Below are positions 63,663 through 64,000 of a stretch of DNA of 64,000 bases, in pieces. The position numbers and the translations under genes were made by a program. The notes below the pieces were generated by a model that made no database searches, was not told the DNA's origin, and saw only the letters and a list, made by a program, of their open reading frames with translations. Source of the DNA: Penicillus capitatus (lineage: Eukaryota > Plantae > Chlorophyta); assembly GCA_965649825.1 (NCBI GenBank), contig OZ287706.1, positions 876,001-940,000 on the forward strand, given 5' to 3'. Positions within the stretch are counted from its first letter, which is position 1; each line of letters starts with the position of its first letter.

Positions 63663-64000
63663 CTACTCCCCGCCGCCGACGCGGATAAGGGTGCGGTTGA
63701 GCGCGCGGATTTCGTCTTTCAGTTCCGCGTTCTGGCCTGCACTCGCCTTGATCTGGGTTTCGGTATTGGTCGCGAGCGCGGCTTCGAGGCCAGCAAGCGC
63801 CCTCGGTTAGCTCAGTGATATCGGCGCCGCCATAGGACTTGCCGTCGCCTGTTTTCGAGCGAATGGTTTCCGTCTGGCCGGCGAGCCAGTCTTCAAGGTC
63901 CGTATAGAAACGGTTTTGTGCTTGCCCGGCCTGAAGGTCGAGAAACCCGACAACAAGACTGCCGCCAAGCCCAAACAGCGATGATGAAAATGCCGTCCCC
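63663..64000 (-). CDS. MotA/TolQ/ExbB-family protein, C-terminal part, with a 1-bp insertion near 63800
   Basis: GTAFSSSLFGLGGSLVVGFLDLQAGQAQNRFYTDLEDWL. Confidence 0.8.

Overview
Bases ~1-57.7 kb are gene-dense nuclear DNA of a chlorophyll-b green alga (HCAR, plastid-type APX, TTLL9; standard genetic code; introns of ~45-55 nt, many with GC-AG ends). Host genes are HIRA, a secreted beta-propeller lectin, REV1, a long ankyrin gene with one repeat per exon, a trypsin zymogen, MsrB, RUVBL1, RPS11, HCAR, an EF-hand protein, TTLL9, a divergent H3 paired with canonical H4, CWC18, UBLCP1, APX, a C2 protein, a GNAT and three paralogs of an uncharacterised degenerate-kinase/membrane family. A 9.7-kb retroelement block splits the ankyrin gene. 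It contains a decayed Ty3/gypsy element (A) with a dUTPase-like domain; a young 1.9-kb element (G) nested in A, with identical 247-bp LTRs, a 5-bp TSD and only a coiled-coil/zinc-knuckle ORF; an orphan ORF with tandem repeats; and the 3' half of a pol-encoding element (B) whose LTR and PPT are clearly related to G. A solo LTR of the same G/B family, with its own TSD, lies at 57.2 kb. G plus B is the best candidate for an undescribed system (a non-autonomous or bipartite LTR retroelement family). An accessory island at 40-45 kb holds three covarying hairpins, a repeat-built ORF and gene fragments. From ~57.71 kb the sequence switches abruptly, inside an LTR and mid-gene, to an alphaproteobacterial cytochrome c oxidase operon carrying indel errors; this is most likely a chimeric join. 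All exon boundaries and counts were made by hand and are approximate.
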